A DNA stretch of 64,000 nucleotides from Malacoraja senta (lineage: Eukaryota). The notes beneath the pieces are model-generated. The model had not been told where the DNA came from, ran no database searches, and saw nothing but the letters and a program-made list of their open reading frames with translations. Location: the NCBI GenBank assembly GCA_038087875.1, contig JAXLNO010004592.1, forward strand, positions 310,001 to 374,000. Direction: 5' to 3'. Both the position numbers and the translations under genes were made by a program. Below, piece by piece: positions 1 through 11,700 of the stretch; the stretch's first letter is position 1, and each line of letters starts with the position of its first letter.

Positions 1-60
1 AGACTAGGTGACCATTTTGCTGAGTACTTACACTCCGTGTGCATCGGTCATCCTGAACTC
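1..60 (+). mobile_element. Penelope-like GIY-YIG fragment
   Basis: Frame 1 reads RLGDHFAEYLHSVCIGHPEL. Confidence 0.5.
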
Positions 61-1165
61 TCTTTTCTCAAGTTCCTTATTTATTCCCTTCACTTGACGT
101 ACAATTTCACAAATACTGATCCTTTTTGTTTTGCTGCTGGTTATAAATGGTATCAATCTCATTTGTTAAATATGTTGTATGAATACATGTTGCATTTCCT
201 CTGTTCAAATTCTGTTTCATTCACTCCGATGCTTGGATCCGGACCCTTGGCTAGAGCTGAGAAATCAGTGTTAAATTTTGGACCTGACTGAGACCAATAC
301 TTATGCTACATGCACAATATTATAAATAACTGTGGCTTCTGTTTAGGCAGCACCATTATAAACGTTGTAGATTGTAGGAAACTTGGCAAAGTGGATACCA
401 GATTAATAGACTTTGGGCTGTCATAGAATGGTGAAATGAATAAGAACATGGCAGATAGAGCTCGGTACAAATAAGGACAAAGTGATGATTTGAAAATATT
501 GACATGGAAAGACATTGCACAATGATCAGCATGATGTGGATAACATTTAGAGAAACCTTGATGTCCATATACAAACATTCCCTGAGGCTTTCCCATTGAC
601 TGCTCCAGAGAGGCAGCTGTGGACTTCAAGTTATGTTGAATGACCTTGATCAATCTCTCTCTCTCTCTCTAATCTTGTCAATGTGCTAAGTTGTTAAAAA
701 AAAAGAGAAAAAGATTGTCTAAAAAATTAAAGAGAACAACTGTCAAAATCCAAACCACCACCAAGCCTGCATTTATCATCTACTACGCATCAATTCTCAG
801 GATGATTTTTACAATCAAGCTTTTGCAATTATATGTGAGTGTGTGACAGTGGCATAGAATGAGCCAAGCCTTGCGTTACTGTTACTGCTTGTGTTGTTTA
901 CGTGGATTGCTCCCAAGAAAGGAGACTTTATCCCAGTTCAATGGGAATGTTTACAGAATATGCTAATGTCCTGATGTGTGCCAGATGTTAACAATTCAGA
1001 GTTGCTTTGATGAAGTACAATGGTTGAAAATATTTAGCAACTGTGATTCTCAGGGCAGAAACCTGGCCCTGTTAGATTAGCAAATAATTAGGCAACATTG
1101 AAAAGTATGCAATTATTGAAAATTAACATGTTGGAGATGATTTTAGGGATAGGAATTCCTAATGC

Positions 1166-1486
1166 TTTAGTTTAGTTTTGAGATACAGCGCAGAAACAGG
1201 CCCTTTGCCCCACTGAGTCCACACCAACCAGCGATCCCTGCACATTAACACTATTCTACACACACTAGTGACAATTTTTTACATTTAGACCAAGCCAATT
1301 AACCTACCAACCTGTACGTGTTTGGAGTGTGGGAGGAAACTGAAGATCTCGTAGAAAACCCACGTGGTCACGGGGAGAACGTACAAACTCCGTACAGAGA
1401 TCACCCATAGTCAGGATCGAACCCAGATCTCTGGCGCTGTAAGCACGGTTTGGCAGCATTTCTACTGCTGCACCACCATGCCACCC
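1166..1486 (-). mobile_element. HE1-like tRNA-derived V-SINE
   Basis: tRNA-like head, V-domain-like core, CR1-type tail ending in (ctaaa)n. Confidence 0.85.
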
Positions 1487-1684
1487 TAAATGCTCTAGCT
1501 ATAAACATGGGGCAGGTTTGATGAGGCTACAGCTCTTGGGTTGTAAGTGTTCATAAAATAACAAATTTTGGGCTACCAATTTTTGGGGTGATTCATTTTA
1601 CAGCTAAGTTTGTTTTTGTTTCTCCTCACACTTTATCTTCTCATTAAAGTTCTCAGAATTTAAAAATGGAAGGGAGTGTGAATA

Positions 1685-2425
1685 CATCATGGATAGATAT
1701 GGTGGTCAAAAAGGTATTCAGCACACTGGCCTTCATCAGAGTATTGGATTTAGAGGTCATGTCACAGTTATATAAGATGTTGGTGAGGCCACATTTAGAG
1801 TATTGTGTCCAGTTTTGGTCACCATGTCATGGGAAAGGTGTTGTCAAGCTGGAAAGCCTAAGTGATTTGGATGAGAATTAGGTGGCATTGTTAGTAAGTG
1901 CACGGATTACACTAAATTTGTGGTATGGTGAAGAGAGAAGAAGCATATCTAAGATTACAATGGGATCCCGAGCAACTGGATTAATGGGACAAGGAATAGC
2001 AGATGGGGTGTGATTCAGATAAATGCAGAAGTTTGGGAAGGCAAACCAGGGCAGGATTTGCACAGTAAATGGGAGAGCCCTGGGGCACCATAGAACAGGG
2101 AGAGCAAGGGGTGCAGGGGCATAATTCCATATCATACAGATAGACATGGTAATGAAGAAGGGCCCTACCATTTACTGTCTACCTCCTGCCCCTGGCTTGC
2201 ACGCTTGCCTTTGTACTGGGTACAAGAATTGGGACATCATTTTACAGCTATACAAAAAGTTGGTAAGGCCATATTTACAGAATTTAAGTATGGTCTTACC
2301 AACTTGGAGGGTACAGTTCTGAACACCCTGCTCCAGGAAGGATGTCATTCAACTGGAAATGGTGCAAATAATATTTACAAGAATGTTACTGGGACTGGAG
2401 GTTTTGAGTTATCAAGTGTGATAAA
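1685..2425 (+). mobile_element. Degenerate CR1 LINE fragments
   Basis: LYKMLVRPHLEYCVQFWSP and adjacent RT remnants. Confidence 0.8.
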
Positions 2426-3688
2426 GGGGTTCAGTTCAGTTTCAGTTTAATTTATTGTCACGTGCACTGAGGTACAGTGAAAAGCTTTTGAGGTTAATTT
2501 TGAAGTTAAAGGATTAACATTGAAGCTGACTCCCAAGTTTCATGCAGTCTTCAGCATGTGGGATTTCCAGGACACTTCTTGCGGTCTAGGTGACCACATC
2601 TGCAGCAAGTAAACTCTGAACCTCCTGACAAGCGGCAGAGGGAAAATTGGGGATTTTATATAATTGGTGACACTGTGATTCTATTTTTTAGAGTCCACAA
2701 AATTTAAACCATCGCTGTCTCCTTCCGAGTACCAGTGAAAAGATGACAGCAATCCTTCCTAATAAAATATTTGTTTTCCACCTTAGTGAAATCCAGGGTG
2801 ATAGTTCTTAGTGACTGACTTTCAGTGGAGGACTTTTCCACTCAAAGTGGACTTTTCGTTCTCAAGATTCCAGCATCGGCCGCCTCCCGTGTCTCCAGTC
2901 ACCTTTGATCTCCAGTCAGCCTCCTGAACGCCACCTCGCACTACAGCACATTTCCTCATTGTTCCATTCTCTGCTCCTGCTTTGAATCATGGTCTCCAGA
3001 CTGCTGTGCAGCAACATCATTGTCTGTTCTGGAGACCTAAACCCTCTTATAATGCTGTTGGTCCATCCCCACATACTCCACTATAAGGCCAGTGTGTCTC
3101 CATTCACTTCCCGCCCTCCTGCTACCCCCATCAAATGCTGGACTCCAAGGAACCCAACCCTAGATTTTGGCAAACCACCCACTCTGCAAATGTACAATGC
3201 CTTGGGCGTAGGTTGTAACAGGCGTCTGTGTTAGGACAACCAAAGTACACTTTGCCTGTGACCAAGATGTCTAATTTATTTTTCTTAATGTTTTTATTTT
3301 CTTTACTTTTTTTTTCTATCATGGAGGAAACTCAGTTGAACACAGCAGAGTGCAATAGATTTGGAAATTCTAACTGTTTGCAGATGTTTCTGATTTTCTT
3401 CCACGTAATCCATTAATCTCCACTGAATTTAAATAGCGATTCAAAATCAATTTAAATCAGCAATACCAAACAAATAAAATTAAACCTACCGCATAGTGAA
3501 GCTGCAGTACAGGGTTATGTGCATGCCAAAAACAAAAAAAACATGTAATAGACAGCGCCAAGCAATCTTACAACCAGTACTCATCATAAATCTCTGCAGC
3601 CGACCACATCTAAACTACAAACACGAGGATGAGACTCCCAACACTATCCTCATCTTCAATGAAGGTGAGGCCCAGCATTTGAGAGTCC

Positions 3689-3902
3689 GACACAATGCTG
3701 GTAGCTCAGCAGGTCAGACAGCATTGCTGGAGACAAAGGATGGGTGACGTTTCCGGTCGGGACCCTTCTTCAGATCATTTCAGTCTGAAGCAGGGTCCTA
3801 ACCTGAAAAGCCACCTACCCTTTATCTCCAAAGCTGAGTTACTCCAGCACTTTGTGTCTATCGTTGGTATAAAGCCTGCATCTGCAGTTCTTTGTTTCTA
3901 CA
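3689..3902. mobile_element. PLE-derived fold-back mini-element (diverged)
   Basis: Same consensus, inverted about ttcagatcatttcagtctgaag. Confidence 0.75.
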
Positions 3903-4025
3903 GTATATTCACAATCATGTTCAGCCAGAAGTGCAGAATAAGTGATCAAGTTTGCTTCCTCCTGAAATCCGATTCATCGCAGAAGCCAGTCTATAGCCAA
4001 TCCAATTCACTGCATGTGATATCAA

Positions 4026-4330
4026 GGTCAGCACTGTGGCACAATGGTACAGTTGCTGCCTTACAGCACCAGAGACCCGGGTTTGATCCTGACTACAGGT
4101 GATGTTTGTACGGAGTTTGTACGTTCTCCCCATGACCTGCGTGTGTTTTCTCTGGGAAGCTCCGGTTTCCTCCCACACTCCAAAGGCGTACACGTTTGTA
4201 GGTTAATTGGCTTGGTATAAATGTAAGTTGTCCGTAGTGTGTGGTATATTGTTAGTATGCGGGAATCGCTGGTCAGCACTGACTCAGTGGGCCGAAGGGC
4301 CTGTTTCTGCGCTGTATCTCTAAACTAAAC
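4026..4330 (+). mobile_element. HE1-like tRNA-derived V-SINE
   Basis: Same consensus as the other copies. Confidence 0.85.
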
Positions 4331-5059
4331 TTGACTGAGAGCATTGGATACTTCAAAGATTATATCATCAGATTTTAACGTACTGAAGAACTGCACCCCA
4401 GAACTAGCTGTACCCCCAGCCAGGCTAAGCCAGTTGTAGCATTGGCATCCCGGTCATGTGGAAAATTGCCTCAGTTCTTTCACTCCCTCTATCTGGCTCA
4501 CCATCTCTTGATAGTGAGGTCCTGATTTACCTTCCACTCCCACCACAACTATACGTTGGCCCCTCCACCTGCCCCAGCCATACCCAGCTGTTTGGGGATT
4601 GTGAATACCCCCCTATTTCAGTCCCTGACCACTAGCTGACTTTCCCACAAGCAATCTCTCATCATCTTTCCAACTCCTCAGAAGGTACATTTTGATGTAC
4701 ATGAATGAAAGCGGGTGAAGGATACTGTGACAAGAGCCTGAGTCGGTCCGAACTTTGAGGTAATGGGCACATAACCAAAATAGTTGTGGACTGTCGTGTA
4801 GCGACCATGAAGCATCTCTTTTGTGGTACATAATTATTTCCACGACGTAAGGCCTAAAGGATTGGAGTTGAACCCACTGCATTCTCTCCGAGTCCACAAC
4901 TCTGTGTAACCACAACTTTCACTTCTACGCCTGAGTGCTTTTATAGAGCCAAAGCTGACTTTCATTATGGATGTAAATATTGTCAGTAATTTTGACATTA
5001 TTGAATTACAGCCTCTCATATCTTCTTTGTTATTTTCAATAATATATCTTTAAATCATA

Positions 5060-5495
5060 CCTGAGACCACACTAGGAGTACTGTGTGTAGTTCTGGTCAC
5101 CCAGCTTAAGGAAGGATATCATTAAACTGGAAAGGGTGCAGCAGTGATACAACAGGGTGTTACCTGGGCTTGTGGGTTATAATTTAAAGGGAATTAGAAA
5201 GGCTGTGTCTTTTTCCTTGGAATACAAGTGGCTGAGGGTGTGACTTATTGAGGTGTACAAGATCACAAAGGGCAAGGATAAAGTGAGCACTCGTTTTTTT
5301 TCAGAGGGTAGAGCATCCTAAAACTAAAGTGCATAGGCTTAAGGTGAGTGGAATTTCTGGGGCAACTTTTTTTACTCGGAGGGTAGTCTGTGTCAGGAAT
5401 GAGCCGCCAGAGGAAACTATAGAAGTGGATACAGTTACGACTTTAAAAAAAAAGACATTTAGACAGATGTGAAATGGGCCAAATGCAGGCAAATG
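5060..5495 (+). mobile_element. Degenerate CR1 LINE 3' fragment
   Basis: RPxLEYCV.FWSP-like coding remnant and CR1 tail. Confidence 0.75.
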
Positions 5496-5718
5496 TGGTT
5501 TCAGGGTTTTGACCCAGTGACACTGAGGAGCACAGAAATACTTTCATGTTTGGATGGTGTGTGATTTGAAAGGGATTCTGAAGTGGTGGTGGTGCCATGT
5601 ACCTGCTGCCCTTGCCCCACAATGTGGTAGATAGTTTCTAGCAGATGTCATTAGATCATGGTCATCACAGGAATAAATTTGTGCTTCAACAAGGGTTGAG
5701 AGCAATTGTAGTTTTGCC

Positions 5719-5932
5719 AAAGATAGACACAAAAAGCTGGAGTAACTCAGTGGGACAGGCAGCGCCTCTGGAGAGAAGGAATGGATGACGTTTCAGGTTG
5801 AGACCCTTCTTGGTCACGACCTGAAACGTCACCCATTCCTTCTTTCCAAAGATGCTGCCTGTCCCACTGAGTTACTTCACCATTTTGTGTCCATCTTCGG
5901 TTTAAACCAGCATCTGTAGTTCATTTCCAACA
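5719..5932. mobile_element. PLE-derived fold-back mini-element
   Basis: Inverted arms; imperfect TSD caattgtagttt / caatcatagttt. Confidence 0.8.
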
Positions 5933-8559
5933 CAATCATAGTTTATACCTGCTTTAAGATTAACTGACCCAATACATGTTAGGAGTTGATGTTAAAAGTT
6001 GTAATTAAGGAGGAATGCCCTCTAAAAAAGCATCTGTGGTCATTTTGCTATAGTCACTGTATTTTGAATCTGAAATCTCTAGTTCCACAGAGGAAACATC
6101 AACATTGTAAAGCCCACCTATTGAATAATTGACTTGTATAATGTTTTGGTGTGCCTCCACCTTGTATTCATAGTAGTAGCCACGTTAATGAGAATATGAG
6201 GAGATGATATTGAAGGTCATTGAGAAGAGGTACAGAAGTTATTGTTGTCTGTTAAAATTAACCAGTAATTCTTTACGCAAAATCCTGCCTTCAGAGATGA
6301 ACATACAGTATTCCTTTTTTAAGTTAGCCCTTTTATTTAAGCAGTAGCTCAGGATTGAGGGATGACTGGCTTACACTAGTCCTTTGTGTCCAAGTTGGCT
6401 AACGAGGCCCATGGATCCTTCCGCAGATGGGTGGGGTGGTGCCTGATGTGGTGGGATAGTGGTTAATTTGTGAGGCGGTGCATTCCTTCCGCTGTGGATG
6501 CAGAGCTTCTGTGTTCTCCAGATGTATAGCCTGAAGGTTTGAATTCTCAAATACTCCTCTTTAAAGGTTAAGGGGACGGTGACTCCCTGGAGTCAGCGGG
6601 AATGTTTACAATTCTCAAGATTGCTTTGAGCGCAACCTTGAATCTCTTTTTGCTGTCCACACGGTGATACCCTCCCATGGCACACCTCGGATTAGGGGGT
6701 CTGCTTCTGGAATCGGCTGTCAGCCATTGAAAGTCCATGACTTGCCCAACATAAACAACCGAGGGAAACCTTGGCTCCAATGCTGGGGACGCCGGCCTGG
6801 CAGAGAATGCCAATGTTGGTTTGTTTCTCCTTTCATTGAATTTGGAGGATTTTGCAGAGTTACCTTGCAGAACAAAACCTCAGTAACACAGCTCCAGCAA
6901 GCATATAATGTGTTACTGAGTTTTTAATGCTTGCATTTGCACACACTTTGAGACCGAGCCCAAGACATTGTTAACATGAACATCAAGCTTTTGAGAGGAT
7001 CGACCCTTATGCCCAACATCTTCAAGACCACCTTTACCACCTGTCCTCCACCAATAAAGGTTCACAATGAAACAACAGAAAACATGAACTACAGTCCACA
7101 TGTCCGGAGCAACTTCTCAGACTAGGCAGACATTGATGATCAAGTTTACCAGCACCTTCATTGTGCCAGCACATCAATTGTTTGATTGAAGAAAATATTA
7201 TTTGAAGATTAAGCTCAGATCCGGCACAAACCACCCAGAAAGCAATGATACCTGTCCTCTAATAAGCTTCTGAACCCTGGGCTACTTTCAACAGCTATTA
7301 AGGTTGTAACCCACCACTCATACAACGTGTATCTAAATAATTGAGCAGGTTGTTACTTGTTAATTATCGGACATATATGCCACTCACGTGACCAGTGCCA
7401 GACTTCTGAAACATGCCCTATTTCCAAACTCAAAAGCAGGTTATGAGTTGTATAAAGGGATAGGTGCAAGGAATGTGCTCAAAGCTTCCTTGAAGTGCAA
7501 CATCCGCACTACCCCCTGATAATCTCTGACGTTTAACTGCTCAGAGTGGAGAAGGAGCAGTCGGAATGAGAACCCCAAGGCTGTGCTTCGGAATTGGCAG
7601 AAGCAGAGTATGAGACCTCACACTACCCTCCCACTCATCCTGGCCCGATGGAAGAGTCTGTGGTTCCCACATTGACATCATCATCCACATTACCCCCACA
7701 CAAGCATGGTGGACGCAAGCCATCCTCATCCCAAAGATTTTAAAGCTTAACTTGTCAGGAAAATATAAGCGGTCTGTTTTTCATTTGCAAAGCAATTGGC
7801 TAGGTTCCACTTGCCATGGCCAGACCTGCATTAAATGTGTTGCAGTACCTAGGTCAGTGTGACACAGAAAGACAAGACAACTTTTATTGTGTAATTCCAA
7901 TCATCCTTCATCTTTTGTGTGGCTGGTGTAGACATAGAGCATAAGCTATAAAGATTTTAGATGTTGAAGCTGGTAAAGGTGGTGGGGTGGCAGTGTGCCA
8001 TGCCTATCGTCATACAACCTCTCTGTCTGTGAACTGGGCAGTATTTTGGATGAGCTGAATTAAGCCAGCCAGTGCCATATCCCTGGACCCGCTGTACAGA
8101 ATCATCCTGTTCATACTCCCCTTTTCCAGATGCAGAGGGCGGATTGCAAGGATACTCCACATCTGTCCACTGTGCCACAGTGAGGGGTGGGCTGGTCCCG
8201 AACATGCCCCAGTGCACCACTGCACTTGGAGAATATTCAAATAGATTTTGATAATCAAAAAAACAAATTCATCCGTATTTTAGATAATGAAAACATCTTC
8301 AAGTATGAAGAATAACTAAGAGCAGTAAGATTAGGTAAAATAACTCTAAATATTTATTGCGTTGCCTTATGCTCACGCAGTCAGCAAGCCCATTCAAATG
8401 AATTTGATCATGATCAGTGTGTTAGCCAGGCCTGAAGTAAAGCTGAGGGCTGGATGGAAAGTGCATTGGCCCCTCTCTTTGGCCCACGGTGATCCTGGTG
8501 CTGGAGCTGGTTGGCAGGTGGACTAAGTTGGTACTGACCGCGTACTTTCAATCTTTTAG

Positions 8560-8729
8560 GAAAAGCAAAGTATTTGCACATGGGACGGGAAGTAGATGGC
8601 GTCGACATGCGAGCAGAAGTGGGAATACTATCCAGAAACATAGTCATCATGGGAGAAATGGAAGCACAGTGCTACGGCAACAATGCCTGCACGTATTTTG
8701 GGTTTGACACAGTTGGCGGCCATATTAAG
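8560..8729 (+). CDS. CEMIP: CEMIP coding exon (GKAKYLHMGREVDGVDMRAEVG...DTVGGHIK)
   Basis: ttttag acceptor, gtaggt donor; missed by the ORF track, translated by hand. Confidence 0.93.
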
Positions 8730-11700
8730 GTAGGTGAATATTCAATGAAGTAAAACAAACTATTCCTGACATTGATGGAAATACTAAATTAAAATAATTG
8801 TCAATCGTCATTAGTAGAGTTAATTTAAATAAATCTCGACTCTGAAATTGACCAGGGAGAAAACATTTAGCAGTTCTAACATTTAACAGAGTTTGTTTAT
8901 GGATAACAGGAGAGACACAAAATGCTGGAGTTATTCAGTGGATCTGGAAGCATTTCTGGTGAAAAGGAATAGGTGATGTTTTGGGTCAGAACTCAATGGA
9001 TAACAGGCAGGAAGGAACTGCAGATGCTGGTTTAATCCGAAGATAGACACAAAATGTTGGAGTAACTCAGCAGGACAGGCAGCTTCACTGGAGAGAAGGA
9101 ATGGGCGACATTTCGGGTCGAGACCTTCAGACTTCAGTCTGAAACATCAGACCCGTAACGGCACCCATTCCTTCTCTCTTGAGATGCTGCCTGTCCTGCA
9201 GAGTTACTCCAGCATTTTGCGTCTATCTTCAATTGAAGAGATGTAAAGATTTTCACCATAGGTTGTTGCATGGGTTATTTGAGGATTCTGGATTTACTTA
9301 ACTGAGTGCAGTATATTTATACTTGAATGTTGTCTGTCTCTCTCTCTTGTGTTCTGCAGATGGGTGTGGGTTTCAAAGCAGTTCACATTGAAGGTGCTGA
9401 GCTGAAACACATGGGCCAGCAGTCCATGGGCCACTACCCTATTCATTTCCACATGACAGGAGACGTGGACGGGAAAGGGGGCTACAACCCTCCAACATAC
9501 GTGAAGGACATCTCTATTCATGATTCTTTCTCACGATGTGTGACCATTCATGGATCCAATGGATTGTTGGTGAGTGATGGCTAATCAAGTGCAATTATAT
9601 ATGTTCCAACAGTTTTTATGTTACAGAACAAAATGACCCTACAATAGACATAAATTTATCCTTTTGAAAGCTCTGAATTCAACAACATTAAATTATAGTT
9701 AGAGTCTTACAGCATGGAAACAGACCCTTCAGCCCAACTTGCCCACACCGGCCAACATGTCCCACCTGCCTGCGTTTGGCCCAGTTCCCTCTAAACCTGA
9801 CCCTCAGCCTTCACAAATTCCATTCAAATTGTCATTATGTTACCCAGAGACTTGAGCTACAATTCAGGCTTATGTTCCAATGAACTAATCAGGAATGGTG
9901 ATAGAGGTGTTGTTGTTCAAATATTAATTGGAGATTAATATTTCCTTTTGCAAGTGGATATAAAGGGTATAGTGGGACAATTTATTGTGTTGGAAAGCTC
10001 AGCAGTTTGATCAAGATATATCCACTTAAACAATGTCATTTGAACTGACTATTTGATGTGTAGCATAGTGTTGTGTACGGGGATCGCTGGTTGGTGCAGA
10101 CTTGATGGGCCGAAGGGCCTGTTTCCGCGCTGTATCTCTAAACTAAATTAAACCATTTGCACATTATGGTGTTTGCAGGGATCTTGACGTGTACTAATGA
10201 GTGATCATATTTATCACGTAGGTAGACAATGCCGGAGAAACTCAGCGGGTGAGGCAGCATCTATTGAGCGAAGGAAATAGGCAACGTTTTGGGTCGAGGC
10301 CCTTCTTCAGAAGAGTCTGAGGAAGGGTCTCGACCCGAAACATTGTCTATTTCCTTCACTCCATAGATGCTGCATCACCCACTGCGTTTCTCCAGCATTT
10401 TTGTCTACCTTTGATTTTCCAGCATCTGCAGTTCCTTCTTAAATATTTATCACGTAAATAACTGCACTTCAAAAAGTACTGTGCAGGTCAGTTGGCATCT
10501 CAGAAGGATGATATTTTTTCAAGAGGCCTTCAACAGGAAACCTTAACTAGTATTTTTTACTCCACAGATATTAAATGGTCTGCTGAATATTTCTGGCTTT
10601 TCCTGTTTTTATTTCAGATGTGCAATATCTGCAATATTTTACTTTGCCATTAAAAATAACTCCATCCATTTTAAAACAGTGTGGTACCTCCTGAGTGTAA
10701 AAGTGGCTATAGAAGTGCAAGAATTTTTAGTTATGTGCAGGTTTTATTTATGTGCAGAATCCTCCTGGGATAAATGCATTCTGACATTTTCCCATATTTT
10801 TTATATCTTTCTAAATTTTAGCAGGATATTTCAAAGTAATTTTCATTTGGTTTTATAACATTCTAATCTTTAGTTAGATACTGCTCTAGGGGCTAGCGGA
10901 ATCAAGGGATATGGGGAGAAGGCAGGCACGGGTTATTGATTGCGAATGATCAGCCATGATCACAATGAATGGCGGTGCTGGCTCGAAGGGACAAATGGCC
11001 TCCTCCTGCACCTATTTTCTAAGTTTCTATTACACGAGTTACTTATAGATGGATTTAGATTCTCAATTATAGAATTCCATTCTTCACATGGAGATCAGTT
11101 CATGTGATAGGAGCAGAATTAGACCATTTGGCCCATCATGTCTACTCTGCCATTCAATCATGGCTGATCTATCTTTCCCTCTCAACCCCATTCTCCTGCC
11201 TTCTCCCCATAACCCCTGGCACTCATACTAATCAAGAATCTATCTATCTCTGCCCTACATATATCAATTGACTTGTCCTCCACAGCCTTCACTTGTATGA
11301 GAGAAGTGATCATGCCTAGTGTTCTGTGCTCCATTTATACATTACCAAGCTCATTTGCTTTCCAAACCTTGGCATTCAAACATCAGTGGAAAGTTTATGC
11401 ACTGACCACTCAAACACAGCGAGTGAAGTCATGACTCAACCGAGACATAAATTAAAATATTGTTTGCTCGTCTTAACTTTATGCTGATTCCTTCCTTCAG
11501 CCCAGTTGCAATATTTAAACCTGCAAACCAACATTATTCAGCCACACATGGCATGATACAGTGCTGTGACTTATTCCAAGGATGAGTCAAGTTACCCATT
11601 TTAAACAATCGCACGCTGTGTGATTAGTTCTGATGTGTTTTTCACTTTAACTTTAAACTAACCTTTTAATGTTTACTGACTCTGGTGTATGTTTCATTTG

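Noticed and set aside
4947-5055. ttttatag followed by (E)PKLTFIMDVN, resembling the start of the preceding CEMIP exon (RPKLT...)
   Set aside because: Similarity ends after four residues, there is no W.PGD or ASTDY motif, and the frame stops. The real exon is presumably upstream of the window.
6340-7240. Possible decayed RTE-like LINE on the minus strand
   Set aside because: Only faint motif resemblance; too degenerate to call without an HMM search.
10221-10442. Fold-back elements as DNA-transposon MITEs or miRNA genes
   Set aside because: Termini are asymmetric, TSD length varies (8-17 bp across the family) and the sequence is contiguous with a GIY-YIG ORF at 55576-55737. There is no evidence here for miRNA processing.
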